Shown here: one piece after another, positions 26,651-39,964 of the stretch
How the letters are laid out: the number at the start of each line of letters is the position of its first letter
Position numbering within the stretch: position 1 is the first letter of the stretch
Source: Chiloscyllium plagiosum
Lineage: Eukaryota
Direction: 5' to 3'
Assembly (NCBI RefSeq): GCF_004010195.1
Contig: NC_057756.1
Location: forward strand, 2,730,776-2,794,775
DNA: 64,000 nucleotides
The notes under the pieces: generated by a model
Told to the model about the DNA's origin: nothing
Database searches by the model: none
What the model saw: only the letters and a program-made list of their open reading frames with translations
Position numbers and translations under genes: made by a program

Positions 26651-27170
26651 AAACACATTCCTGGACCACGTCATCGGACTCGGACCGATGGCGCCACAGA
26701 ATGTGAATACAAATACTGATCAGGAGTTTCCAATTGTATGTGCAAACTTATTCAGACTATGATTCTTCAGTTGGTCGGTTTTTATCGAATGCTCGTTCCA
26801 GTTTTCAGAAAAGTGGCTGCTCCACTCACTAAATTAACGAAGAAATGCAGGAACTTCAAGTGGACTACAGACTGTCTGAAAACATTTGCCTGTCTCAAAG
26901 TTGTATTATCTACTGCCTGTGTCAGCCATATAGCACTAGCAAACGCCATTCACATTGGCTAAAGATGCAAGTGATATTGATGTTCGTGCTGTACTCTTAC
27001 AAGACGAAGGCGTGAAGAGGGAAAGACCAGTCGAATCTTTCTCCAGGAAATTGAACATTCCGCTGTAAGATTCGACAAATGAAAAGAACACCTTCTGCAT
27101 GGTATTGATAGAACATCAATTCAAAGTTTCTGTTTGTGATAATGTGCCTGAGACAAATATCTTAGTGATA
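26651..27170 (+). mobile_element. Gypsy RT C-terminus/RNase H relic, continuation of 22300-23105
   Basis: TFLDHVIG; LVGFYRMLVPVFRKVAAPLTKL.KK...FKWT.DC; DASDI.V.AVLLQ; FSRKLN. Confidence 0.85.
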
Positions 27171-29080
27171 GGTGACTGGTAAATTAGGGGACAGTTGAGA
27201 GAATCTGTGGCTGCAAACGGTAATCCAGGATGGTGTTTGAGTCTTGGGTCCCAAGCACCAGAATATCTCGGAGTGGCTGCAAGTATTCCCGTACGACGAC
27301 ACCTTGGTAAAAGTGACATCGGCAAAATAGCGATGAGGCAGTGCAGAGTGATTACAGAAGTCTTCAAAGTAAAAAAAAAACACGACTTTGTCCATGGTAA
27401 TCTCCAGCTTACATCAAGTGCCAAGTGGTAGTGATAGTGAAAACGGAAGGATTTGGCCGATGAATATGTTGTCAAGTAATAAGAGCAGGAGAATATGATT
27501 CCGATTTTTTAGATCATTGCGATGCCTTCTGGGGCAGACGTGACCTGTTCAAGAGGGAAGGTTTACACCTGAGTGGAGGGGTCCAATATCTGGCGGCCAG
27601 ATTTGCTAATGCAACAAGGAAGGTTTTAAACTAGATTGGCAGGTGTCGAGCTGGTTGACAGCAGGGAGGCAAGGGCAAGGCTAGAAGGAGATACAGATTT
27701 CAGAGATTATAAACTTAAGACACAGGTCAGGCTGGAACATGGCATGGTGCAAGGAATGCCTTTTGTAATAAATTGCATCTATTTCAATGACAAAGTGTTA
27801 ACAATTAAGGCAGGTGATCTCAAAATGTAGATAATCATTGCAGAAATGATTATATGCCAGTGTATAGGTGCTTCATGCGTGACAAAGGTGATAGAAGAAA
27901 GGCTGGGGAATTTGCAATTTTGATAAGGGCGATTACCATGGCAATAATGAGAAATGAAATTTCTGAATAATCAGTTCTTGAGGCGTTGTGGTTTTAGCTA
28001 AGAAATACGAAGCGAATCGTGACGTTATATGGTTTGTTCTATAGACGCCAAGTGATCAACTGGATTTGGAGGAACAGATATGCAGAGAGGTTGGAGTGAC
28101 TTGCAGTAGCAAAAGGATTGCCATAGTACAGAGATTTCCACTTTTCTAACATAGACTGGAGACTGCGATAGCGTTAAGGGCATAGATGGAGTGAAATATG
28201 TTGAGTACGGTCAGGAAAGTTTCTTCAAGCAGGAAATAGAGTATTCCAAGCGTGAAGCGGCAAAATGTTACCCACTGTTGGAAATAGAGCAGGACAGGTG
28301 ATTGAGGTGACAGCACACGAGGACTTAGGGACCAGTGTCCATAGATTTAATAACTTTGAGGTAGTTATGGAGAGGGTCAAAACCGGTCCACAGGTTCAAG
28401 TTTGAAATTGGGCAAGGCGAAACTTGACAGAATTTGATAGGAGCATACATTGGCTGATTCGAGGATTTTGTTTGCAGGCATGAAAAACGGCGGCAAGTTG
28501 AAGGCCATCTTTAGTGAGTTAGCTAGAGTTCAAAAACTACATGTTCCTGTGTGTGTTCAGTGCAATTTTGAAAGGAGTATGCAATTTTGAAAGGAGTAAG
28601 AATGAGAGGCCTCAGTCAGCACAAAGAAGAAGGTAAGGATCAGATGCCGACAGCTGAGATCAAGGGAATCCCTCAAGGTCCGTTGGGGATCCAGACGTTT
28701 TCTGAAAATGAAAATCCGAAGGGCAGAAAGGGGGCACGAGATAGCCTTGGCTGGGAAGATTGGGGTACATCTGAAAAGGGTTTTTAAATATAGTAAAGCA
28801 AAAAGAATAACCCAAGAAAGAAAAGGATACTTAATGGAACAAAGTCACATGGATGAATAGTACTGTATGAAACAAGGGAAGTCCTCGAACAATATTTCTC
28901 CAATGTGTTTACTGTGCAGAAAGACATGAACACTTGAGAACTTGGGAAGTGAGTGTTGATATCTTGGGGAATTTCTATGTCACACTAAATGGGCTGTTGC
29001 ACGTATTAGAATCTATGAAAATCAGATACATACCCTGGTCCTCACTAGATATGTAAAAGAAGATTGGAGATTGGGGGAAA
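27170..29080 (+). mobile_element. Decayed CR1 5' portion (ORF1 esterase and APE)
   Basis: VIGD..IRG and RHLGKSDIG (ORF1); NCIYFND (APE start) at about 27770. Confidence 0.75.
28561..28598. repeat. Perfect 19-bp tandem duplication
   Basis: tgcaattttgaaaggagta x2. Confidence 0.95.
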
Positions 29081-30202
29081 AAGGCTTCAAAGTGACTCTG
29101 TACGTTTTCACATACATACTTGCCACCAAATAATTGAAAACATTTGTATTATACCACAAATGTGATAACCACCACCATAGGTTAAATGGCTGTGTTCGTT
29201 TTGATACTATGTGTTCCATATTGCAATAAAGCCAAAATAATTGAGTGAAAAATAACACATAGTTCCAAAAGTCATCAGGCAAATCCTGCATTAGCATTAC
29301 GTTTCATCTTAATGGTGTTCACTGCCATTTAGAAATATAAAATTGCACTATTAACTGTTGCCGTCCTGATAAGACGTCCTGATACGAGATGCAAATTGTT
29401 CAATTTCCCATTCGGGAATGCATGACTTGAAATGCAATCGAAAATGTCTCACTAATGACAAACTACTAATCAGTAAATGAATATTGTTTGAATATTGAAA
29501 ACAGTATAACATTTTTGTTGTGAGCTGCTGAACTAGTAAGATCAAAATATATGTAAACTTGCAGTATCTTGGCATCAATATGTGTACTCGCAGAGAAAAG
29601 TAACAAGTTCGGAATGTAGAAAACATGTCAGGCGGAATTTTCTGAGGGGTGATCAAATAGTCATGCTATTACATATATTATATCTGCATTTTCTGCCGGA
29701 AAAGAGTTCAGAATTTCAATGAGATCACAGATGACTTGTTTATATTTGCAAGTCATTTTGACTGCCATCACATACACTTTGTTTTCCTTTTGTAGTCGGA
29801 ATTAACACTTTCCCTGTCTGAGAGATATTCAATGTTCAAACATGCAAACGTCATCAATACCACCATGGCTAAGTGTAGAAAACTATTTTTTATCGACTGA
29901 TTCCACGATGTGAATGTATGACATATCAAAATTATAAATAACGACGTTCAGACTCATAGGAATGTCATATGTTATTTTTGTTCATTTCAAATCAGTAGTT
30001 TATTTTTAAAAAATAATTATGACCAGTTAATTCCAATTATATTGAAGTTAAATTTGTATCTTGCAAGTTATGTCAAACTGCCGAAATGTTCCTCGACAGA
30101 AGTTGCAAAGATTTTCTTTAGCATGCTGATTTGTTCCCGATCGTTGTTATCTTTAAATGCTGAACTTAGAATGAACAATGTAGTATTCCTTGCCTTTTGC
30201 AG

Positions 30203-30223
30203 ATTTAGGGAAGGAAAAATGTG
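30203..30223 (+). CDS. Candidate 21-nt microexon (phase 1 xLGKEKC; phase 2 FREGKM)
   Basis: ttccttgccttttgcag|ATTTAGGGAAGGAAAAATGTG|gtaagt. Near-consensus splice sites. Confidence 0.7.
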
Positions 30224-30339
30224 GTAAGTCGAATTATAAGTTTTGGCTCAAAAGTGTGCAGCTTGGGGAAAAAAAATGAACATTTAAAACATGAATTATG
30301 CATATACCCTCTGTGTCTCAGCTGCACATATGAATGGAC

Positions 30340-30545
30340 AATCATTGCCACAGAAGTGTGCAGAGGTCTTCTGTATATTGAAACCAGAGATAGGTAAGTT
30401 CTTGAGTGATGGGAATCAAAGGTTACGAGTTGAAAGTGGAAAAAATTGGGGTGAAAAATCGACCAGCTATGATTAAATTGAAGAACCATCTCGATGGGCT
30501 GAAAAGCCTGATTACTGCTCTTATGTCTTACCATCTTATGATTTG
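30340..30545 (+). mobile_element. CR1-type LINE 3' UTR fragment
   Basis: gggaatcaaaggttacgag...ctcgatgggctgaaaagcct...tatgtcttaccatcttatg. Confidence 0.6.
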
Positions 30546-31369
30546 ATGAATTGTGCCATAGACAATGAACTAGACTGAGGTAAATTACAAATAAAATGAT
30601 CCGGAATCTTCCAAAATCTTTTCAAAAATTCGAGAGATCATGTTCAATATTATTTAGTTTAAATTGATTTATCTACATCAGAATTCTGCGAGAAATGTTG
30701 TTCCCTAAAATTGCACAATTGTCTTAAAATTAGTGACTTCTTTCTTCTTTATTTTTGATTCTTGTTTTAAAGCTGTATTGTATTTTCTTTTGCCTAATGA
30801 TATCAAAGAACAAATAAAATCAAAACAAATTACAAGACATTCTGAAAAAAGTCATATAGCAAGCCTAGACGTAATGTGAAGATCAGTACAACAGTTAGCT
30901 AACATCATGGTTGATCATTCATATGTTAACTCTTATGTTATTACCATGCTTCACCTTATTGAAATTTATTTCCATTTTAACGTTTTCAACAGAACTGCTT
31001 CCTTTTGGTGATGATACATGATTTGTAGCGTAAAGATATTTATTTGAGACCAGCTATTCGATGACCAATTTTAAACTTGTAATTAGTTTTACAAAAATCC
31101 CACTAAATACAATACGTGAGAGTAAATGCATTCAAGATTGCAGACTGCAATGTATTTATGATATTGACAAATTTGGCATTGAAGATCAGCAATAGAGCAT
31201 GATTTTGAAAACAATGTCATTTCATTAACATTTCTCCCTTTTTCATACGGATCGGTAACAGTACGATTTATTCATTCTGAATACATGATATGCTTTGAAT
31301 ACTGAAGGGAAACTGCTTTGAAATCAAAGCAAACAGTGAATAGAACACACTTATGCAAAGTGACCCAAA

Positions 31370-31635
31370 GGATTCTCCTGCTCCTTATAACGCCAGGGAT
31401 CTGGATTCAACTTGAATTTTGGGAGACTGTCTGTGAGGAGATTGCACATTCTCCCCGTTTCTGCTTGATGCTCTGTTTTACTCCCATATACTAAAGATGT
31501 ACAGGTTAGATGGATTAGCCACGGTTAGTCCAGGGGTTATGGGTACAGGATAGTTGAATGTGTCTGCATGGTATGCTCTTTGGAGGGCCAATGTTGTCTC
31601 GATGGGCACTATGACCTGCTTCCACGCTGTACTGA
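31370..31635 (+). mobile_element. Degenerate HE1/V-SINE-like SINE
   Basis: gactgtctgtgaggagattgcacattctccccgtttctgc...caggttagatggattagcc...cctgcttccacgctgta. Confidence 0.75.
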
Positions 31636-32039
31636 ATTTCCAGATTGATTGGCTGAGTAAGTGATGAATTTAGTTACAGGTAAAGTATTTCAACGTCGTT
31701 GGATATTTTATTGAATTCGAAATGTTTTGATGGATATTGCAAAAAACGCAAGCAAATGGGACTAATTTGTTTGGGAAAATGGCCATCGTGAATTCGGTGG
31801 CTGCAAACATCTCTCTGACCCCATCACTACCGTTCTATTCTATGAATACTGGACTTTATATGAGGCATTTCACAATTAAAGGAACTTGTCGTTGATCTTT
31901 TTTCATCGAATTTTACAATTTAACAAGCTTGCCTTCTAATCAATTGCACTCTCGATATGTTTTTTTTAACTTCTTGGTCGGGATATCCAACTGACTCTCC
32001 AAATAAAATTTTGGCAATTTATCTCCAATTAATTTATAT

Positions 32040-33300
32040 AGAGTCACAGACATGTACAACATGGAATCAGACGCTTTGGACCAACCTGTGCACGTCAACC
32101 AGATATCCCAAACCAATCTCGTCCCACCTGCCAGCACCCAGACCATATCCCTCCAAACGCTTCCTGTTCATATACCCATCCAATGCCTCTTAAATGTTGC
32201 AATTGAACCAGCCTCCACCACTTCCTCTGGCAGGTCATTCCATACACGTATCACTCTCTGCGTGAAAACGTTGGCCCATAGGTCTCTTCTTTATCTTTCC
32301 CCTCTCACCCTGAACCTATGCCCTCTAGTTCTGAACTCTCCGATCCCAGGGCAAAGACTTTGTCTATTCATCCTGTTCATGCCCTTCATAATTTTGTAAC
32401 CCCATATAAAGTCACCCCTCAGCTTTCGACTGTCCAGGGAAAACAGCCCCAGCCTGTTCAGCCTCTCCCTATAACTCAAATCCTCCAACCCTGGCAACAT
32501 CCTTGCAAATCTTTTTTGAACCCTTTCAAGTTTTACAACATCTTTCCGATAGGAAGGAGACCAGAATTGCATGTAATATTCCAACAGTGGCCTAAACAAT
32601 GTCCTGTACAGCCGCAACATGACCTCGCTACTCAAAACTCTGAGCAATAAAGGAAAGCAAACCAAACGTCTTCTTCACTATCCTATCTACCTGCGACTTC
32701 ACTTTGAAGGAGCTATGAATCTGCACTCTAAGGTCTCTCTGTTCAGCAACACTCCCTAGGCCTTTACCATTAAGCGTATACGTCCTGCTAAGACTTGTTT
32801 TCCCAAAATGCAGCACCTCACATTTATCTGAATTAAACTCCATCTGCCACTTCTCAGCCCATTGGCCCGTCTGGTCCAGATCCTGTTGTAATCTGAGGTA
32901 ACCCTCTTCACTGTCCACTACACCTCCAATTTTGGTGTCATCTGCAAACTTACTAACTCTACCTCTTATACTCGCATCCAAATCATTTATGTAAATGATA
33001 AAAAGTAGAGGACCCAGCACAGATCCTTGTGGCACTCCACTGGGTCACAGGCCTCCGGTCTGAAAAACAATCCTCCACCACCACTCTCTATCTTCTACCT
33101 TTTAGCCAGTTCTGTATCCCAATGGGTCGTTCTCACTTTATTCCATGAGATCTAACCTTGCTAATCAGTCTCCCATGGGGAACCTTGTCGAACACTTACT
33201 GAAGTCCATATAGATCATAAATACTGATCTGCCCTCATCAGTCTTCTTTGTTACTTCTTAAAAAAATTCAATCAAGTTTATGAGCCATGATTTCACACGC
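32040..33300 (-). mobile_element. Relatively young 5'-truncated CR1/HER1 LINE
   Basis: Well-preserved PQGSVLGPLLFIIYINDL...SKFADDTK and RPLLEYYMQFWSP...LERVQKRFARMLPGL. Confidence 0.95.
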
Positions 33301-33962
33301 ACAAATGTTGCTTTCTCATTCGTCATATCTATATGTTTAAAAATGCACTTCTTCTATGAATTGTTGTTGCGTTATTTGTTAGAAAACAGGATTGATGTCA
33401 GAAAGATATGTAAAACAAAATTCCAGGAAAAATAAAAGCTAACATCTACTTTAAAAACGTCAATAAAAATGTGATCGCTCATAACCTTAAATGACAATGA
33501 AAGCCTTACATGAAAATTAAATGAATGCATAGATTGCGAACGAGTATTTCACATTTGTCTTCTTGAAGAAAATTTCAGTATGAATACGTCTAAATCTGTA
33601 ATTCAAGAAATTGTGACCGGTATGGAAAAAAATAAAATCTTATAAGCAAATATGAAAATTGATAAGGTTTGCGTTCTGTGTGCTGATTCACAGTCTGATT
33701 GACTGTAGCTTAAAATTGTGCAGGCGAATTAACTTTGATGCATTTTTTTTTCCAAATTCTGGGAATGTGATGGAAACAAAAATGCCCTGAAGAAGCTCAC
33801 AGGCCACTTATGTGGGAATGTGGCGTTAAGCTTTCCAAACTGCAGTGAACCTTCTATTAGATGAGAACATGATATGCCTAATTCATTGATTAATTTAAAA
33901 AGAAAGTCAGGAGCACAAGAATTACAAACTTCATGCGAATTTGCTTAATATTTGTTATTTAG

Positions 33963-33995
33963 AAAATTGTCTCAGTAGGTTATTTCAGGAACATA
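33963..33995 (+). CDS. Candidate 33-nt phase-1 microexon (ENCLSRLFQEH)
   Basis: atatttgttatttag|AAAATTGT...GAACATA|gtatgt. Open in phase 1. Confidence 0.35.
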
Positions 33996-34449
33996 GTATG
34001 TCTATAACATATGCGAGCTGAATTAAGCCATTCAATTACTGCTGATATATTTTCAATCTCCATTCTTCTGTCTTCTCCATGTAATTGTTGAACATTCTAC
34101 AAATTAAGAACGTGGCTATCTCTGTATGAATAACACTCAATTCCTTGGCTTCTGCAAACTTTTCTGCAGTTCTTTAACAAAGGAGCAAACGCTGTGGATA
34201 AAGGGATTGCTATGCATATATTGTATCCATTTCCTTGAAGACAATTATCAACGCAGTACTTTCCAGGTTCCAAAGGAATTTAAAATCATGTGGTTGGCAA
34301 TAGTATATTATCATGCCTATGAAACAGTTTGCAGACATGAAACATTGATTAACGTGCATATTAACGATGTGGACTGTGTCGTTTTCGACTTGTGTAAGTC
34401 TTCTAACATAAGTGTTTTACAGTCTGTATAACACGTTTTTCTTCTGTTT

Positions 34450-37400
34450 AATTGAACAGAAGGAAAACTTTCTGAACATGATGAGACACTTTACCGGTTG
34501 GAACGCACGTTGAAAGGACGGCAGAAATGTCCTGCTTGGGCAGACATTAGTTATGAAATATGGCAGGATTTTATTGTTGTGACTGTTACTGAAATATAGA
34601 TTAGATGAAAAGAGTTCTTATACAATCTGCAGGAATTTTGTACAATTACTTGTCAGTTGGTTGTGCTGTTATGCAATTGAAGGTATGCCTGCAGTTTTAT
34701 GAGAGAGTGAATGCTGTTCTGAACTGAGATCTCACAATCACCTCTACATATGACGGATTAGCAGTCCCAGAGAGCAGGAGATCATTCGAAATATGTAAGA
34801 TGTGAATGTGAATTTGATGCATGACTTTTCGGTTTTTGTTTTGACAACAATTCTAATTTAAACAATCAGTTTAAATTATGCTCCAGGATACCAAAACCAA
34901 ATCAATTTTGAATTTACCATTCTGCCGACATCGAACTAACGAGACGATTTGATGTTGGAGGAAAGAAAAACTGTGGAAATTTAGGAAATTCGAGAAACGA
35001 AAATCAACTGTCATCGATACAATTCCAAAATCAAGGAAAAATAATTATCCATCAGAAGGCACCTTTTCATGTGAAATATATTTGCAGTAAAAAATGAAGA
35101 AGACGTCCCAGATAATTCAGTAGCTGGAAGAATGAATTCACAAAAGACGACAGCTGCTCTGTGGTTTTGTAATTAAGTTGAATTAATTTCAATAAGTACC
35201 TTATTGAAGCAGCCTAGTGATATTGAGTTGGACGTTGGTAATAAGAAGTTAACAGAAAAGGGGGCTTAGAATTGTGAATCATTGTTCAAGGCTCACTTTT
35301 AGAGATAATAATAAATCTCTGTTATTTTCTTTAAATAGTGGATTTCGTGAGTTTCTGTTAGTCATATCGTAAAAGATTACGAGGCAACGTTTGTATTTCT
35401 AGGTTTTAGACTTAGTTCACAGAGGGGTTCAGTTCTGTGTCCTATTGGTTTTGGGGTTCGTCCAGGATTCGGATAAAATTGGACAGTTTTAGACAGGTGA
35501 TTATTTCGTGTACAAAAGATAAAGCATACTTAATACATGCCGACTAATGTCCTAGATCTTCAAATAAAACATAGGTGGAAAAAAATCTTTAATTACGGTT
35601 ACTTGTGGTTGATGAAATTTATATTAAGAAGAATGGCTCTTCAGATTGCGAAAGAGATCGGGAGGTTTAAAAATGCTTCCCAAATTTGCCAAGAACGTTT
35701 AGAGAGATAGACGATCCACATACATTTAGAATTAGCAAATCATTTAGTATTGGGTTTAACCACTGACAAAAGGAAAGCTGAAATTGTAATGGAGTTGGTT
35801 AATCAATTAGGTGTATCAGAAAAACAGAGAAGCCAATAGAGCGAGAAGAATATAAACTGCAATTGAAACAAATGAAGTCAGAAGATATAGGGTGGCAAAG
35901 ACCAGCCGTGTTAGTGAAAAGAGAGAGAGAGAGAGAGAGAAGATAAAGATAGGGAGAGAAGATACTAAGCTGAGCAAAAATTAAGAGAGAGAAAAAATAA
36001 CTTCATAAGTTGATAATTAATCAAATAAGTCAAGTTAACAGCACTGAAATTTAGAGAAAATGTAATAATGTACACAAATATAATAAAACATTGCAACATT
36101 TTGATAGAAAGATGCCAATCCTTCGCTTTTCGTTAGAAAACGTGGCAGTGGTGAGAGAACTGTAGGGTAATGTTAGTTGAGACTAAGCTAGTAGGCAGAG
36201 CTGGTGAGGTGCTTCCAGCGATGTCAGATGAGGGGTCAAGTGATCATGCAAATGTTAAAAATGTTATATTACGTGCATGTGTATTAGTACCAGAAGCGTA
36301 TAGACAGTAGTTCAGAAAAAAACAATAAACAAGGTCAGAGTTTTGTTGAGTTGAAATTAATTAAACATGGAAATTTTGATAAATCGAAGCAGGACTTAAG
36401 CATAGATACGACCTATGAGGCAATCACAGAATTTATTCCTGTTGGAGGAAATTGAAAATTCACTTCCAGAAATTGAACGACTTAATGTGGATGTACACAC
36501 AATTCAAGAAGTGAGAAGAACGGCAGAGATGACAGATGTGTTGCACATGACTCTAAGGTGAAATTTCATTTGCAGCAGAAATTCAAAGTTGGAGTCAATG
36601 CTGATGATAAATGAGTTGGAGCTCTACTGCTTCAGGAAGATGATGACGGAATTGAACGGACAATAGGCAAATCTCTAAGTAAACTAAATAGCCGCTCGAA
36701 AAAAAACAAGATCCATCATGAAAACAAATTATTAAGTTTGATACTGTTCTTAAAACATTTTCATGTTTCTGTGAGGAACACTGTTTCGGAGACAGTTTTG
36801 TCCACTGAGCGCACACTTCGTACATTCTTGGATAGATTTAAAGACAAAAATATGAGACTATTTCATTAGAGTCTTATGTTACTTTTTAAAAATTTCAAAT
36901 TGTCCTTTTTGAAGTTCGCACAATGTTATAGCAGATGCATCGTCACAGATTTAATGGTTAAAAAAATCTAGATAAGTTTTGACATTTACCCACGTTATAT
37001 ATGTGTGCAACGATACTATGAGAAGCATAACTCTGAGTAAGGATTTATGTCTTTGATTGTAATGGTTAAAAAAACGAAGCAATCTTTTCAACATGATGCC
37101 TCATTCCTTTTTCTTCGGGGGATGTGTTATGAAGTTGAAGGCGTGTACTGTTACTTTTGGAGAGATTGAATGCCGTTCTTAACTGAGAACATAGGAGCAT
37201 CTACGTATATGACTAGGTGACAGTTCCGGAGTGTTACCCTGGGAAATTTAAAATACACAACATTTAGCTGGGAAATTAATACCAGCATTTTGGTTCCTGA
37301 TTGGCAATAATTTGAATTTAAACAAACAGTTTACATTATACCCGAGGACATCAAAACCCAAACGAGTTTGAATTTATTGTTATGCCAATATAGAACTAAT

Positions 37401-37890
37401 GTGACAATAAGATGCTGGGGATATAAAAATCTGGGCATTTTAAAAATTCAAGAGAGAGCAACTGCCATCTAAACATTTCCAGAAATTAGGAAACATGTTC
37501 TGTTAAAGGTCCTTCTTTTTCGCTATGAAACATACTCTCACTAAAAAGAAAAAAAAGATGACAAGCTAATTCAGTGCCCGTAACAGAGAATTCACAGAAG
37601 ACGACAGCGGCTCTGTGATGTTGAAATTAATTTGATATAACTTTTGTATGTGTTTATTAGAACAATATAATTTTAGATTTTTGGAGGCAGATGATAAGCG
37701 GTTAAGGGAAAGAATGGCTTAGAGTTGTTAATAGTTGCTTAAATCTGACAATTAGGTTTAGAAAAACGATGTTATTTTCTTGAAATAGTGGAAGTGGTGA
37801 TATGCTGCCACTCATACTTTAACAGAATACGTAGCAAGTGTGCTTTTCCGGGTATTTGTTTTATTTAACAGAACAGTTAAGGTCCGAGTT
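34450..37890 (+). mobile_element. Internally deleted Gmr1-like LTR element: LTR, tRNA-Pro PBS, SCAN-type gag, LTR
   Basis: Diverged direct repeats (about 34850-35440 vs 37310-37890). PBS TTGGGGTTCGTCCAGGAT. Gag from ATG 35633 with KLVGRAGEV...LVPEAYRQ*FR. No pol seen. Confidence 0.75.
35451..35468 (+). promoter_or_regulatory. Primer-binding site, tRNA-Pro type
   Basis: 15/18 match to TGGGGGCTCGTCCGGGAT, immediately 3' of the LTR and 5' of gag. Confidence 0.7.
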
Positions 37891-39081
37891 GTAACAGCGG
37901 ACAAAATTGGCTTCCCGGTTTGTGCAATTTTCCAAAAGCTTTGGTGAATGGCTAAACCAAAAAAAGTTTCAATTTGTTGCTGTGTGGATTGGTCAGTTTG
38001 TTGTGTGGGGAATGTTAGAAAAGGATGTGCTTGTATCCTGTGGAGGGTTGAATCCCGAAGAAGCAATTTTTAAAAATGTTTTGTAGGATTCTTTTCTGGC
38101 TTGAGTCTGTCCACGTTAATTTTAGCTGAATCCAGAAACACACCACCAATATTATAGTAAATGCGAGTAATATAGTTACTTTACATTGAGGGGCAGGTTG
38201 GTTAAAAGACTGAAGCTATCATTTCTCAAAGTACGTATTGCCTCTGAAATCGGCAGAGTATCACACGTGAAACACAATTGTAACACATTACGGAAGATAA
38301 CGAAGCAACTCGATTTGAATCGGTTCCCACTGTATGTTAGCAGTCTGCCTGAGGTCTTTATAAACTTATGGATTGAAAACCAGAACCAAAGTCGTATAGA
38401 TGGAGATCCAAGCGATTCCACCAAAAGGCAGGTTCTGCAATGATTCTGAAGAGTAGTTTTACGGACAATGCTGTTGCAAAAGAAAATTCGAACATAATTT
38501 CAAATGATTGATAAACTCTATGCTTGAATGAGATAAGTGCAGTAGACTGATAGCAAAGGAGATTAATGTTTTGATGGTCATAAGAAGTTGAATGCGTGTT
38601 CTGCACCTTTAAGAGAGAGTGAATGTTGTTCTGAATGTTGTTACAAGCACCTCTGTACATGAGTAGACAGCAGTCCGGAATCTACTGGAAACTTGAAAAT
38701 ATGTATCATTTGGCCCTGAAGTAGATACCTGAGTTCTTTGCTGTTTTTGAACAATTCGAGTTTAAACAATCAGTTTAAATTATGAACAAAGATTCTAAAA
38801 TCTCATTCGAGTTTGAACTTTATTGTTTTGCCAACAATGAACCAACGAGACGATTCTGTGTTATTTGTCTTTAAATGTGGACATTTTTAAATATGTAAGC
38901 ATCGACTGCCATCAACACGGATCGAATAAAATAGTAAACACTCTCTGACAACGCTAGCTTTTCATATGATACTTATGAACATAGTAAAAAGGAAGAAGAG
39001 ACTCCAGTGAGATGTTCATCTTGAAGAATACAGACGTCGAAGGCAACTGCCACTGTGTTGTTTTTCTATTATTTTGATGTA

Positions 39082-39711
39082 ATTGCTGTGGTTCTGTTCG
39101 ACGAGCTGGAAGTTTTTGTTGCAAACGTTTCGTCCCCTGTCTAGGTGACATCCTCAGTGCTTGGGAGCCTCCTGTGAAGCGCTTCTGTGGTGTTTCCTCC
39201 GGCATTTATAGTGGCCTGTCCCTGCCGCTTCTGGTTGTCAGTTTCAGCTGTCTGCTGTAGTGGCCGGTATATTGGGTCCAGGTCGATGTGTTTGTTGATG
39301 GAGTTTGTGGATGAGTGCCATACTTCTAGGAATTCCATGGCTGTTCTTTGTTTGGCTTGCCCTATAATGGTAGTGTTGTCCCAGTCAAATTCATGTTGCT
39401 TGTCGTCTACGTGTGTGGCTACTAGGGATAGCTGGTCGTGTCGTTTCGTGGCTAGTTGATGTTCGTGGATACGGATCGTTAGCTGTCTTCCTGTTTGTCC
39501 TATGTAGTGTTTTGTACACTACATTAGTTTTGCTCATGCTGGGTATCGCGTCTTTCGTTCTGGTGAGTTGTTGTCTGAGTGTGGCTGTTGGTTTGTGTGC
39601 TGTTATAAGTCCTAGTGGTCGCAGTAGTCTGGCTGTCATTTCAGAGATGTTCTTGATGTATAGTAGTGTGGCTAGTCCTTTGGGTTGCGGCATGTCCTCG
39701 TTCCGTTGTCC
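39082..39711 (-). mobile_element. Young 5'-truncated Penelope-like element with 11-bp TSD
   Basis: YIKNISEMTARLLRPLG..AHKPT.TLRQQL..TKD..NVVYK (GIY-YIG region). TSD attttgatgta at 39071-39081 and 39712-39722. Confidence 0.92.
39121..39160 (-). ncRNA. Minimal type-I hammerhead ribozyme motif in the Penelope pLTR
   Basis: gca-CTGAGGA-t-GTCACCT-agac-AGGGGAC-GAAAC-GTT-tgc: CUGANGA and GAAA cores, stem II with one mismatch, short stem I. Confidence 0.7.
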
Positions 39712-39964
39712 ATTTTGATGTAGTTTTTGTATGTGTCTTAACAGAAAAGTATACTGTTATAGAATTGGAGCCACATAGTCAGCAATTAAGAGTAAAGGGT
39801 GCTTAGAATTGTGAGTTTATTTTTAAGATCCACTGTTCGAGTTAAAAATTTAATTTATCTTACCTTAATTAAATAATGGAATTTGTGGGTATGTGTCACA
39901 CTCGTTTTAAAAGATTACGGGACAACGTGAGCTTTTCAGGGTGTTTGGGTTAACAACAGAGAAG

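Larger units (their letters stand above)
38370..39960 (+). mobile_element. Third copy of the same LTR, split by a Penelope insertion
   Basis: tttaaacaatcagtttaaattatg at 38761 matches 34857; the LTR continues after 39722. Confidence 0.7.

Noticed and set aside
30393..30399. Strong donor AG|gtaagt
   Set aside because: Inside a LINE 3' UTR fragment with no matching acceptor.
33383..33409. 27-nt exon-like block ENRIDVRKI
   Set aside because: Weak donor (gtaaaa), and its terminal T creates TAA when joined to the next candidate exons.
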